DNA of 64,000 nucleotides from assembly GCF_963921235.1 (NCBI RefSeq), contig NC_086097.1, forward strand, positions 179,430,001 through 179,494,000. The letters are read 5' to 3'. Below, in pieces: positions 11,940 to 25,544 of the stretch (positions within the stretch are counted from its first letter, which is position 1; each line of letters begins with the position of its first letter). Source of the stretch: Mobula hypostoma (lineage: Eukaryota). A program made the position numbers and the translations under genes. The notes under the pieces are model-generated. The model saw only the letters and a program-made list of their open reading frames with translations, was not told the DNA's origin and made no database searches.

Positions 11940-13950
11940 TTCAAGTTCAAGTTTATTGTCCTTCAACCGTACACACGTAAACCGCCAAACGAAACAGTAT
12001 TTCTCCAGATTCACAACACGGTACCTATAACTCACTCACATAATACATAAAATAATATTACCAGGAGTAAATTAATAAATAATAAAGGGCATTTGCGACA
12101 CAAGTTAAAAAGCAAACAGTGTAACACTACTGGCACTTCATGCGTGATGGGACCTGGGTGGTAGCAGGGAGTTCAATAGTCCTACGGCCTGGTGAAGAAG
12201 CTGTTTCCCATCCTAACAGCTCGTGTCTTAATGCTACAGTACCTCCTGCCTGATGGTAGGGGTTCAAGGACATTGTTGATGGATGAGAGGGATCATTGAC
12301 AATGCTAAGGGGCTTGCGTACACAGTGCTCCTGATGGATGGAAGAGTGACCCTGATGACCCTCTCAACAGTCCTTGCAATCTTTTGTAGGGACTTGCAGT
12401 CAGATGCCTTGCAATTCCTGTACCAGACCGTGATGCAGCAGGTCAGTACGCTCTCGATGGTGCTTCTGTAAAAGTGGGTGGGGAGAAGGAGACCCTCACT
12501 CATCTCAATCTCCTCAGAAGGTGGAGACACTGTTCTGCCTTCTTGACCAAAGAGGTGGTGTTGAGGGACTGGGTGAGATCATCGGTTATGTGCACTCCCA
12601 GAAATGTGGTGCTGCGAACTGTCTCCACGATCAAGCCGTGTGTGGACAGTAAGAAGTGGCCGGCCTGCATCTTCCTAAACACAACAATCATTTCTTTGGT
12701 CCTGTCCACAATGAGATTCAAATTGTTGTGTGCGTACCATTCCACCAGCAGTTCCACTTCCTCTCTCTATGCTGTCTCAGCATATTTGTCATCAGCAAAC
12801 TTAATGATTCGGTTTGAACTGAGGTCATGCATCAGCAATGTGAATGGCAGTGGGCTAAGCTCACAGCCCTGGGGCTGTCAGTGCTCAGCGTGATTGATCT
12901 GGAGATGTTTCTGCCAACATGGACTGACTGTGGCCTTTCTGTCAATAAGTCCGGATCCAGTTACAGAGAACCACTCACCAAGTGCTAGAGAAACTCAGCA
13001 GGTGAGGCGAAGAGAGATGTTGAGACCCAACAAGGACAGTTTACTACCAGCTTCAGATGGTCGTATGAAAGCTGTGCTGAGCCAATGTTGATGTACAGCA
13101 TCCTGGCCTATGAGGCACCATTATCTGGGTGGGACAGGACAGAGGAGTGCGTGGCATCATCAGTCACCAATTTGAGCAATAAGTGATCTGGAAAGGCAGA
13201 TGGAATTTACTGTGATCCGTAACCAGCCGCTCCAAGCACTTCATTACTGTGGAGGTCCGTGCCACTGGATGTTGGTCGCTGAGGCAGGTTACTGTCACCC
13301 TCTTGGGCACCAAGATGATGGTGGCCACCATGAACCCTGAGAGGACAGTGGACTGTTCCAGAGAGATGTTGAAGATGTCTGTTAGAACTTCATTTAACTG
13401 GGCCGCGTTGACCACGGTTGGATCATCCTCACGTCAGCTGTGACCAGACAGAGTGCCTAGTCCTCATGGAGAAGGGAGGCCTCGCTTGCCGACGTAGATA
13501 GCATTCAGCCTATCAGGACGAGAAGTGAATCTGTCATTGACGTACAGGGTGGACTTGTGGTCTGAATGCCCTGTCACATGAGCCTCCTGCCTCTGGCGTT
13601 GCAGAAATAGCTGTACCTTCTCTATGAATATTCCTTCCTGATAGCGTGAGAAAGTGCTGCTCTTCCTGGTCTAAGTGTTGTCTTATCCCCCTGGTCTCTC
13701 AGCTGTGCCCGGACCTTTGCTGTCACCATGGCTTCTGATTTGCCCTCACGTTGATGTGATTAATAACGGTGATGTCCTCAATGCACTATGTAGCCAGTCA
13801 CAAGTCTCACATGTTCATAGCCGTTAATGTAATGGTCACAGGTAGCTGCCTCCCTGAACGTGTTCCTGTCCGTGTTTTCAAAGCAGTCCCACAATGCTGA
13901 GGTTGCTCCTTCTGGCCAGGTCTTTACCTCTCTTCAAACTGGTTTAACTT
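11940..13950 (-). mobile_element. Rex/Babar-type LINE, degraded
   Basis: Remnants LVEWYAHNNLNL..DRTKEMIV.FRK, FLGVHITDDL, FYRSTIESVLTCCITVWY and AAQLNEVLTDIFNISL. Confidence 0.85.
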
Positions 13951-15199
13951 ATTCGTTCCAAGTTCCTTCTAACCATCTTGCAAGGTGCTTCTTAAAGCCT
14001 AGTTGTTTCATAAAACAATAAGCAGTGGATTCAGCAGGTCGAGCAGCACCTGTGGGAGGAAAGGAATTGTTGACATTTCGGGTTGAAACTGTGCATCACA
14101 ACAGAGTGGAGCAGAGAGATGGCCGGGGGAAGGGGGAAAGGGGAAGGGCATGGCGGGGGCTGGTAGGTGATGGCTGGACCGAGGAGGGGTGAAGGATGAT
14201 GGACAGGTAGAGCTGGAAGGAGAGTGGATAGGGTGAAGATGGAGTCAGCTGCTTGCGAAACACAAAGGACTACCAGTGCTGGAATATGGTAAGTAAGAGA
14301 GGTGATACTAGGAACCATTACGGGAGAAGCCATAGCAGATGGACCCAGATGAGGGAGAGGATCCTGTGGATAAAGTGTGTGGATAGTGGTTGGATGGAAC
14401 TAGAAGAGTGAGGGAGACGAAAAAAGAGCTTTTGATTACCTGAACCAGTGTTTGTGTTGGATTCCAGTTCTTTATTTTGGAGGCATTGTTGTGAAGGGGT
14501 TGGAACATTTTATAATGTATTATATATTTTATACAAGCAACTGTATGGACTGCTCGGAAACCTGATGTTGGAGGGGAAGAAGCTGTTCCTGAATCACAGA
14601 GTGAGGGTCTTCAGGCTCTTGTACCCCATCCCTGATGGTAGTAACGAGAAGAGGATGGTAAGACCCTCAGTGATGAATGCCTGACTCTTGAAGATGTCCT
14701 TGATGGTGGAGCTGGTTTAGTCCACAACTGCCTGCTGCCCTTGTGATCCTGTGCCTTGGGGCTTGCATGCCAGTTTGTGATACAGCCAGTCAGAAATGTA
14801 AATTTCTGTAGAAAATAACTGACAGCATTTAGGAAGTGCCGAGACAAGCACGTGAATCACCTACATGTCGAAGTCGAAGGAGGGTTTCCATGGGGTAGGG
14901 AACGGCTGGGTGAGCAGGATAATGATGGTGGTTTAGGTTAGTAGATGGAAGTATATGGTCTCATTAATTGGCTCCTATGAGCCCTGTTAAACTAAGGGTT
15001 GGCAGGATGCCCGGGCTGTATACCATTGAGATGGATTACAGCAGGAGCCAAAAGAGACATGGCATGTTGGCAGGGAGTAGTGGGAAAGATTGTGATGATG
15101 CTGAGTAGGCAGTTGGAAGGCACAAAATCAAAATCTCGATTAACTAGTCAGTCCTGATGTTTGGATTGGAGCAAGTCAAAACAAATACTTTATCAAAAG

Positions 15200-17340
15200 A
15201 CCATTAAGTCCATCAGACATAGGAGCAGAATTAGGCCATTCAGCACATTGAGTCTGCTCTGCAGCTGACCCATTTCCCTTTCAACCCCAGTCTTCTACCT
15301 TCTCCCCATAACCTTTCATGCCCTGAATAATCACGAATCTATCAGCCTCCACCTTAAATACCCCCAAAGACCTGGCCTCCATAGTCACCTGTGGCAACAA
15401 ATTCCACAGATTCTTCGCCCTTCAACTAAAGAAGTTCCTCCTCATTACATTCTAAATGGATATCCTTCTATTCTGAGGTTGTGCCCTCTGGTCCTAGACT
15501 CCTTCACTACAGAAAACGTCCTCTCAATATCCACTCTGTCTTGGCTTTTCAATATTTGATAGGTTTCGGTGAGATTCCCCCTCATTCTTCTAAATTCCAG
15601 CAAGTACAGACCCGGAGCCATCAAATGATAAGCCTTGCATTCCTGGAAAAACTTTGTAAACCTCCTTTGAACTCTTTCCAATGTCAGCCATAATTTCTTT
15701 GATAAGGGGCCCAAAACTGCTCAGAATACTCCATGAGGCCTCACCAGTGCCTTATAAAACCTCAGCATCACATCCCTGCTCTTGTATTCTAGACTTCTTG
15801 AAATGAATGCTAACTTTGCATTTGCTTTCCTCACCAGTGGTTCAACCTGTATATTTACTTTTAAGGAATCTTGCATAAGGACTCCCAAGTCCCTTTGCAC
15901 CTCAGATTTTTGAATTTTCTCCCCGTTTAAAAAAAAATAGTGTATGCTTTTATTCCTTCTACCAAAGTGCATGAAAATATACTTCCCAACACTGTGTTCC
16001 ATTTGCCACTTCTTTGCCAATTCTCCTAATCTATTCTTCTGCAGCCTCCCTGCTTCCTCAACACTACCTGCCCCTCCACCTATTTTCGTATCGTCTGCAA
16101 ACTTGGCCATGAAGCCATCAATTCTGTCATCCAAATCATTGACATGCAACCCAAAAAGAAGCGGTCCCAATACTGGCCCCTGTGGAACACCACTAGTCAC
16201 TGGCAACTGATCAGAAAAGGCTGCCTTTATCCCCACAGTTTGCCTTCTGCAAATCACCCAGTGTACTCGCTTCTGACCGCTGACACCCTCAAACCTTCGG
16301 GCAATATACTTATTCAGTTCATCCACCATTTGCTTGTCCCCCATTAATACCTCTCCAGTGTCATTTTTCAGCTGATCTGATATCTACTCTCACCTCTCTT
16401 TTACTCTTTATATATTTGAAAAATCTTTTGTTATTTTCTTTAGTATTATTTGCTAGTTTACCTTTGTATTCGTTTTTTCCCTTCTTATGGTTTTTTGGTT
16501 GCCTTCTGTCGGTTTTTAAAAGCTTCCCAATCCTCTAACTTCCCACTAACATTTGCTCTATTATATGTCCTCTATTTGCTTTTATGTTGGCTTTGTCTTC
16601 CTTTGTCAGCCATGGTTACGTCATCCTATCTTTAGAATACTACTGCTTCTTGGGGACGTATCTACCTTGTGCCTTCCGAATTACTTCCAGAAACTCCAGC
16701 CAATGCTGCTCTGTTGTCATCCCTGCTAGTGTCCCCTTCCAAACAACTTTGACCATCTCCTCTCTCATGCCTCTGTAATTCCCATTACTCCACTGTAATA
16801 CTGATACGTTTGACTTTAGCTTCTCCTTCTCACTGATTACTGGTCAATTAAGGGTTCCTTTACCTTAAGTGCCCTAATCAAATCTGGTTCATTACATAGC
16901 ACCCAATCCAGAATAGCTGATCCCCGAGTGGGTTCAACCACAAACTGCTCTTAAAAAGCCATCTTGTTGACATTTACAAATTCTTTCACTTGGGATCCAA
17001 AATCAGCACCAGCCTGATTTTCTCATTGTACCCAAAGTACAATCCTCTGCGACAATTGTAACTCTGCCATTTTGACTTGCATATCCTATCACCCTTTTTG
17101 ATTTGTAGCCCACATCCTGGCTACTGTTTGGAGGACTGTATATAACTCTCATCATGGTCTTTTGGCCCTTGCAGTTACCTAACTCTACCCACAACGATCC
17201 TACCTCTTCCAGTCCTATTTCACCTCTTTCTAACGATTTGATTTCATTTTTTACCAACAGAACCATACCACCCCCTCTGCCTACCTGCCTACCTGCCTGT
17301 CCTTTCGATACGATGAGTATCCTTGGATGTTAAGTTCCCA
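15200..17340 (-). mobile_element. CR1 LINE, degraded, with internal deletions
   Basis: VTSGVPQGPVLGPLLF...KFADDTKIGG, LERVQRRFTK, SRTRGHNLRI, plus the endonuclease remnant VIYSPPNS. Confidence 0.9.
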
Positions 17341-18079
17341 ACTATAATCTGGTTTACAATGGAGAATACTACTAAGAAATGCAATGCTTTAGTTATAGAG
17401 TCACACAGCACAGAAGTGGGCTTTCAGCCCAACTTGCCCGTGGTGACCTTCATGCCCATGAGGTCAAACAGCTCGGAAGCAGACCCTTTGACCCGACTTG
17501 CCCATGGTGACTGTTGCCTAGCGAGCTAGTTCTCCCTGCCTTCGAACTTTCTCTTATCCATGTACTTAGCTAGGTGAATTTTAAATGTTGCTGGCGTGCC
17601 CATCTCAACCACTATTATTGGCAGTTCATTCCAAATACGCATCACCTTTTGTTTGAAGAAGCTGCCCTTGATGTCCCTTTTAAATCGCACCTTTGATCTT
17701 AAACTCTTGTTTTAACACCCTCTCCCAGGAAAAGGTCAGTGGTTTCACCCTGTCTCTGCCCCTCATGATCTTGTATATCTATCAGGTCACTCCTCAACCT
17801 CCTCCAATTCTGGGAATATAGTCCTAGTTTACACAACCTCTCTTTGTAACTTGAGCTCCCAAGTCCAGCAACATCTCGTGAAATATTTTCTGCACTCTTT
17901 CTAGTTTATTAACATCTTTCCTATAACGGTGACCAAAACTGTACACAATACTCCAAAAGAACTGGAGAGCTGCCAGTGGAGCTGTACCTCAGAGATGCAA
18001 TACCACGTCAGTGTGAAGTCATGCATGCAAAACAAAGTTTTTCACTTTTCCTCTGTACGTCTAACAATAATTAAAAATT

Positions 18080-18392
18080 TAAATGGGTGCATAGTCAGAG
18101 GCTGAAATGGCTAACACGAGAGGGCATAGTTTTAAGGTGCTTGGAAGTAGGTACAGAGGAGATGTCAGGGATAAGTTTTTTATGCAGAGAGTGGTGAGTG
18201 CGTGGAATGGGCTGCCGGCAGCGGTGGTGGAGGCGGATATGATGGGGTCTTTCCAGAGACTCCTGGATGGGTACATGGAGCTTAGAAAAATAGAGGGCTA
18301 TGGGTAAGCCTGAGTAAGGACATGTTCAGCACAGCTTTGTGGGCCGAACAGCCTGTATTGTGCTGTAGGTTTTCTATGCTTCTATGTTTCTA
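18080..18392 (+). mobile_element. CR1 LINE 3' end
   Basis: NTRGHSFKV...FFMQRVVSAWNGLP followed by a 3' UTR ending in (ttctatgt)n. Confidence 0.85.
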
Positions 18393-19216
18393 AATTAGCA
18401 TGGACAAGATGGGCAGAAGGGTCTATTTCAGTGCACGTACATCTCTATAATTTGAAAGTATCATGTTGCTTAAAATATCCTCCATCATAAAGTGTTTGTT
18501 TGACTTACTCCAGTCCCAACGTCAGGATTTGAGTAGTCAATCGTCAATCAACATTTTGACTTTGTGCATTCCAACTACCTACTAACAGCCTATGATTTTA
18601 AAACATTGTTAACAAATCTTGAAGAAGAATTTGGAGGAAAGTGTGATTATGCAATTAGGTCAAAGATATAATCATATCGCATTGGACAGATCTGAGAGGG
18701 GCTGAATGGACTCTTGGAATGTATTGGTGGGAATAACAAGTGTGAGGTAGAGATGAGACAGACATCCTTATTGAATGGCCCAGAAGACCTGGGAAACTAA
18801 AACACTGGCATCCTAATCATTTTCTTGTCATAAGTATCACCTGCTTTACATTCCTTGATTATATTCTAATTTGATCATTCCAGGTGGGGGCCTGGAACGC
18901 ATTGCTGGGGGCAGTGGTAGAGACTGATACGTTAGGGACATTAAGAGATTTTTAGGTAGTCACATGAATGAAAGAAATTTGGAGGGTTATAGGTTGTGTA
19001 GGATGGAAGGGTTAGATTGATCATGGAATAGCTTTATATAGGTTGGCATGATATGATGGGCTGAAGGGTCTGTACTGTACTGTTCTGGGTTCTGAGACAC
19101 ACCATATCACCAGATTATTTTTCTAAAAAACTCATCTTAAAAACACTTAAAATCGTTTTCTGACCATCTGAACCTCCATGGCCTTCCATGAAAAATCTGC
19201 AGATACTAGAAACCTG

Positions 19217-20032
19217 TGTAACGCCCTGCTATGCTGTGAGGTATTTTATTTTAGCAGTTTTCTGTAGAAGCAGTGCATCCTGCTGGTAAGAGTGTTTTGG
19301 CTTCAGCTAAAGATAAGGAGCCATGTTATCCAACGTAGGGATGTTACAATCTGCCATTTGTAACTTTCTGCCCAGTGGAAGATTTGGGAGAGCTGGGCAG
19401 GATCGGATTTCTGAAGGACAGTAGTGTGGTTCGGGGTTGTTATGGTGGGAAGCTGCGGACCAGGTCACAAGGGAAGGTACCTTTGGAAGGAGAGTCCCTT
19501 TTGCAAGAAGTGCTTTGTATTGATGATTGGCTCCAAGGCAGAAGGGCCGATCCTCCTGAGAGTCAGTTCGTTCAAGATGGTCTTCAGTGGAAATTCGGAC
19601 TGTGGCGGGTGGTTTCACACAGACCGTGGGTCCATTGTGTGTGAGTACTGTGGTACACCCCTGACTACTTCAGAAATGAGCTCCAATATTTATATGTATA
19701 TTTAGACTGGTTTAACTGTAATGGACCCTTTGATCTTTTTTCCTTTCTCTGTTAACTGATAAAGTTTAAAATTGGTAAATATACTTCCTTTATAATTTTA
19801 TGCTGGTGTATGATCTATGCTACCGATAACTGTGTATGGACAGTATTTATGCAGCATTCACTCAAATCGAGATTCTTTTAATCGGAACATCCTGACATTC
19901 CTGTTTGACTGAACCCCAAATCATACTGACCCTAGACATATACTGTTTATGAAAGGTGGTCCTCTCACCACTGGTTCACGTAGCCGTTAGCAGAGTTGGC
20001 TAACGAGCCATCCCGGCTGTGAGGAGATAACA
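19217..20032 (+). mobile_element. Probable solo LTR, about 816 bp
   Basis: Starts TGTAAC and ends ATAACA. It interrupts a Penelope-type repeat whose halves flank it. No clear TSD. Confidence 0.5.
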
Positions 20033-21644
20033 GAAACGCTGCGAACACTCCTGCAAGCCAGGTACTGTAGTATCTGTGGAGAGCGAAGCAGTTAATGTTT
20101 CACATCCAGGACCTCTAACGAGACCTGGTTTAACTGTCCCTCTGACCTTCAGAAACCCATACGGACATGGGGAGAGCATACAAACTCCTCACACACAGCG
20201 GTGAGAATTGAACCTGGGTTAGTGGCGCTGTAATAGCTAACTGCTACATTACCATGCTACCTGCCCCCAAACGTGTATTGCTGGGGAGGAAAGCAAGGAG
20301 TGGAGTTGGAAGATTATGGCAGATGAATGAAAGACGGTGGTAAACTGAGTGAGAGGAGGGCAGAGATCTAATAGGAACTTGAGGGGCAACATTTCACCCA
20401 GAGGATAGACATTGTATGGAGTGAGCCCTCAGAGGAAGTGGCTGTGAGGTACATTAACAGCGTTTAAAAGGTTCTTGGGCAAACACATGGATAGGAAGGG
20501 TTTGGAGGGATACATGGTTAGTGTACAGTGGTGAAAACCTGACACCATTGTGTACTCAGGAAGCCCTGTGTACCAGGATACACTGCGTGCTGCCCATACA
20601 GATCAGGCCATACATGTGTACATGGAGGGAGTCACAAAAAACAACCCAGAATGCATTGTGACAATTACAGAGAAGGTGCAAGCAAGTACAGACAAATTAC
20701 GAGCAAGAGCCATTCCAAGACGGATTGGAGATCAAGAGTTCATTTAAGAAGTTTAATCAAGAGTTGTGTAGAATATTAAGGAGCAGAGGGACCCTGGTGT
20801 ACTAGCCCACAGGTCCTTAAAGGTGGCAGCGCAGGCAGATTACGTGGTTGGGAAGGCTTATGGGATTCTGGTCTTCATTAGTCGAGACTGACTACAGAAA
20901 TCTACATTTCCATCAATTCCCACACCCCTTCCAGATTCCACCTGCACACTGGGGACAACTTGCAGTGGCTAATTAACCCACCAGCCCCCACGACTTAGGG
21001 ATGTGAGAGGACGCATGAGTATCGGGGGGAGGGGCAAACAACATGGTCATGAAGATCGTGCACACTCCACACTAGAGGTCAGGATTAAACCAGACTCTAC
21101 TTTGCTGCCCATTCTCCATTTAAAAGCCTTAATGTTAAAGCAATTTATTCAAATTACTGATTTGCTAAAATAACTGTGTATTGGTTTACCATTGCAGTTG
21201 AAGTTTAATTGTATTTTAAATCAGCCTGTCATTGGAGTATTGTGTGCAGTTCTGATCACCACACTACAGGAGGGGTGTCATTAAACTGGAAAGGCTGCAC
21301 AAGGGTGTTGCCAGGACCACAGGGCTTGTGTTTTACAACGAGAGACAGGATAGGCTGGAATGCAGGAGATTGAGGGGTGCCCTTGTACAGTCGTGAGGAA
21401 CAGAGGTTCTTTTCCCAGGATTGGGGAGTCTGAAAACTAGAGAGCGTAGGTTCAAGGTGAGAGGGGAAATATTTAAAGGGCAGGTTTTTCTAAGGGGTGA
21501 TGGATATATGAAATGAGCTTCCAGGGAAGTGTAGATAAGTACAACACTTAAAAGTTCTTTGGACGGATCTGTGGATACGAAAGGTTTAAAGGGATATGGG
21601 CCAGATACAGGCTAATGGGACTAGTTGAGAAAGACAACTGAGGA

Positions 21645-21903
21645 CAAAAGGAAAGGTACGTTGCATCTGGAGTTTCTTTGGTTAGTGGACGATTTCCCTC
21701 CACACCTCTCTGAGGTAGTGGGGAACCGCGTACGAGGCAAGTTACAGCAGTGGTTTGTCATTGCCTTTTGCCGAGTGAGTTTCCAAAGGGATCACCAGCT
21801 CATAACCCAGCACAGATGGAAAACGTGCAGGGGAGCTGGCTGGATTCGAACTTTCGTCCTTTCATCCCGAAGTCCAGCACTGATGCAACTACGCCACCAG
21901 CCG
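21645..21903 (-). mobile_element. tRNA-derived SINE
   Basis: Minus-strand head ggctggTGGCGTAGTTGcatcagtgctggacttcgg...aaGTTCGAATCC (A and B boxes). Same head as 55493-55700. Confidence 0.7.
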
Positions 21904-21974
21904 GGTTACCTTAGGACAACTTCAGCCAAAAAGCTTGTAAGACAAATGGGGAGAAAACTAACCGTGAGACTACA

Positions 21975-22975
21975 TTGCATTGAACTGACTTTATTTCTTA
22001 CATCCTTCACATACATGAGGAGTAAAAATCTTTACATTACATCTCTGTCTAAATGTGCAATTTATAGTAATTTATAATAAATAGTGTATACATCAATATA
22101 ACAATATACATCAATATAACAAAGAAATAACATTGTATCAGCATGAATTGATCGGTCTGATGGCCTGGTGGAAAAAGTTGTCCTGGAGCCTGGTGGTCTT
22201 GTATTTTATGCTGGGGTGCTGCTTCCCGGATGGTAGCAGCTGAAACAGTTTGTGGTTGGGGTGACTTGAGTCTCCAATGATCCTTCGGGCCCTTTTTACA
22301 CACCTGTCGCTGTAAATGTCCTGAAAAGTGGGAAGTTCACATCTACAGATGCACTGGGCTGTCCGCACCACTATCTGCAGAGTCCTGCGATTAAGAGAAG
22401 TACAGTTCCTATTCAGGATGCTCTCAGTTGTGCTCCTGTAGAAATTTCTTAGGATTTGGGGGGCCCATACCAATCTACTTCAACTGTTTGAGGTGAAAGA
22501 AGCACTATAGGCATCCGTTAGTCTCATGAGACCATGGATTTACACCTTGGAAGGGTTCCAGAGCACAGGCCTGGGCAAGGTTGTCTGGAAGACCGGCAGT
22601 TGCCCATGCTGCAAGTCTCTCCTCTCCACGCCACCGATGTTGTCCAAAGGGAAGGACATTAGGACCCGTACAGCTTGGCACCAGTGTCGTCGCAGAGCAA
22701 TGTGTGTTTAAGTGCCTTGCTCAAGGACACACACGCTGCCTCAGCCAAGGCTCGAACTAGCGACCTTCAAATCACTAGCCTTAACCACTTGGCCACACGC
22801 CAACTGTTGTGCTTTACCAAACAGCTGGTATGTAAGATCCTCGGTGATGTTTATGCCGAAGAATTTAAAGCTGTTCACCCTCTCAATCCCAGATCCATTG
22901 ATGTCTATAGGGGTGAGCCTGTCTCCATTCCTCCTGTAGTCCACAACCAGCTCCTTTGTTTTTGCAACATCACCT
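21975..22975 (-). mobile_element. Rex/Babar-type LINE 3' part, interrupted by a SINE
   Basis: ILRNFYRSTTESIL, HPNHKLFQLLPSGK and KTKELVVDYRR..IERVNSFKFFG remnants. Confidence 0.8.
22508..22804 (-). mobile_element. tRNA-derived SINE (second family)
   Basis: Minus-strand A box TGGCCAAGTGG, B box AGTTCGAGCC and core gtgtccttgagcaaggcacttaa. Inserted inside a LINE fragment. Confidence 0.75.
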
Positions 22976-22976
22976 G

Positions 22977-23440
22977 GCTGTAAGATAACACATTCCTCTG
23001 CCACGCATCTCAGTACATGAAGATTAAGGACACAAGTTCATCTAGGAAACTACAAAAGTACTGGCAGAAGCACAGAACAAGAAATCAAAAGAATTCCTAG
23101 AAGCTTGATTATCAACAGAAGATTCTATTAATAATAAGCACATTGAACTGGATGCAATTTACGAACTTATGTTTCTGAGGGATCGGGGCTGAAAGTGAGC
23201 CGTGGACACTCAAGGAATGAACGCTCACAGTGACTGATAACCAGGGATACGGGCCAGCGGAGATCGCTCAGATATCTGGTTGGCCGGGGTCCAGCAGAGA
23301 TTAGCGGCCGGTGCGACAGCCAACCAAACAGAACAAGTCGGATTAATATAAACGCCAGCACTCGGCAGAAGCACTGATGATGTCGCCTGGTGACGGACGT
23401 TTGCAATCTAACCTCCAGGCTCAGCGAACAACCCTACAAA
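22977..23440 (+). mobile_element. Penelope-like element 3' end (second family)
   Basis: KVLAEAQNKKSKEFLEA*LSTEDSINNKHIELDAIY matches the PLE C-terminal REFLEAWxS..SINxHIxLDxIY motif (W mutated to stop). The 3' UTR has a hammerhead-like motif at 23371-23404. Confidence 0.75.
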
Positions 23441-23454
23441 CAAAGCTTGTTTCT

Positions 23455-24005
23455 GTGCTACACACACAAAATGCTGCAGGGACTCAGCTGGTCAGGCAGC
23501 ATCCATGGAGGGAAATGGACAGTCATCATTTCGGGCCAACACCCTTCATCAGGACTGGAAAAGAAGGGGGAAGACACCAGAATAAAAGGGTTGGGGAGGG
23601 AAGGAGGACAAGTTGGAAGGTGATAGGTGAGACCAGGTGGGTAGGAAAGGTAAAGGGTTGGAGAAGAAGGAATCTGACAGGAGAGGATAGTGGACGATAG
23701 GACAAAGGACAGAAGGAGGGGCACCGGGGGAGGTGAGGAGAAGTGGTAAGAGGCCAGAGTGGGGAAGAGAAGAAGAGGGAGGGGGAAGAGGAAAAGAAAA
23801 AAAATTACTAATCAATGTTCATGCCATCAGGTTGGAGGCTACGTAGATGGAATATGAGGTGTTGCTCCTCCAACCTGAGGGTGGCCTCATCGTGGCAGAA
23901 GAGGACTGACATATAGAAATGGGATAAGAGTTAAAATGGTTGGCCACTGGGAAATTCCACTTTTGGCAGATGGAGCTTGTGTGTGTTGCTGTGCATTTCC
24001 AGCAT
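23455..24005 (-). mobile_element. Penelope-like element 3' part
   Basis: Same layout as 9455-10210 (remnant HDEATLRLEEQHLIF, purine-rich UTR on +). Hammerhead-like motif at 23520-23557 (-). Confidence 0.75.
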
Positions 24006-24913
24006 CATTTCTGTTTATTTTCTTAATTCATTTTCAGATGTTTGAGTTGGTGCAGCATAATTGTTGGTGCAAAATAGTATTGGTTGTTATTCTAGTCCAT
24101 GTACGCTGTAATGACTAGATCTGCAAAACAAACTTTTCAGTATACAGGTGACAATAATAAACCAATGCCAATACTGGGAACAGAATATCTTAGGGGTTCA
24201 TGTACACAGTTCCCTGAATATGGAGACACAGACTTTGAAAACATTTGTCATGCTAGCCTGTGTTGTTCGGGGCATTGAGTACAGGAGCTGTACAAGACAC
24301 TTGTGAGACTGCACTTGGAGTACGTGTGCAGTTCTGGTAACCGGTGTGTAGGAAGAATGTATTAAGCTGGAAAGGGCGCAGGAAAGATTCACAAGGATGT
24401 TACCAGAACTGGAGGACTTAGTTATGAGGCTGGACAGGCTGGGACAGTTTTCTCTGGATCAAGGGTGACCATAGAGAAATTTATAAAATCATGAGGGAGA
24501 TCGATGGGGTGACTGGTCACAGTCTTTTTCTCAAGGTGGGGGAATCTGAACTCAGAGGGCGTAGATTTAAAGTGAGAAGGGGAATCTAAATGGCAAGTTT
24601 TTTCACACAGACAGAGGTGGGAGTAGGGAATGAAATACCAGAGGCAGTGCTTGAGGTGGGTACAATTACAATATAAAAGATATTTTGGCAGGTTTATGGA
24701 TGAGAAAGGTTTAGAGGGAAATGGGACCAGTTCAGGGAGAGAAAACAGTTTAGCGATGATGAGATGGGCCGAAGGGCCTATTGATGAACTGTATGACTAA
24801 TTTGAGCAAGGGTTTTGACTGGAAGTAAAGCAGAATTGAGCTCTGCAGCAAAAATTAGAAAGGGTAAAAAAATTAAGGTAACATTTTCCCTTTGGTAATC
24901 TTTGGATTATGTA

Positions 24914-25544
24914 TGTAATGCTCAGGGCTATTGGCTCGTGTTTATCTAAGGGAAACCCCGTCCGCCCGCTAAACCGTGTCTGACGGTTGCGTAGTTGCTG
25001 TGTAATGCTACCTGGTACAAACTCACACATCAAATATCAGACAGCACACAATGTACGATTTACAGATTACACTTTATAAATCTTACTAGAACTATGTAAT
25101 TAATAGAGATACAATATAAAAGGGAAAGTAAAAGGCGCCAAACTTATCAGAGTTCAACCACTTTGTGCACAACCGTTGGAGCTCAATTAATGGGGTCTTC
25201 GTTCCACCCTGCGATCTCCTCTGACCCCCTCGACCCACCGCCTGGGACCAACCACGGTGGTCGGCCAGAGCGCGTCCAGCACGTCCTTCCTCTTCGGTTC
25301 TCCTCCAAAAAGCCCGCCAAACCACATGGTTCCCAGCCATATGAGACAAAATATCACCCACAAAAAGAATAACATGGACACTCATTGGTTCATTCTATAC
25401 CTTATCAATAATATAACCCAAACAAGCAGGGAGAGAGAGAACTCCTTACATTGCAGTTATTATTACAGAAAAGCCATTTTATATAACATATAAAGAAGCT
25501 ATTTTAGACACCTCAGCTGCCAGTGTAACCAAGACCCAGTTACA
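24914..25544 (-). mobile_element. Solo LTR, 631 bp, with a 4-bp TSD (Gypsy-like)
   Basis: TGTAA...TTACA termini flanked by an exact TGTA duplication (24910-24913 and 25545-25548). CpG-rich interior. Strand is inferred. Confidence 0.8.
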
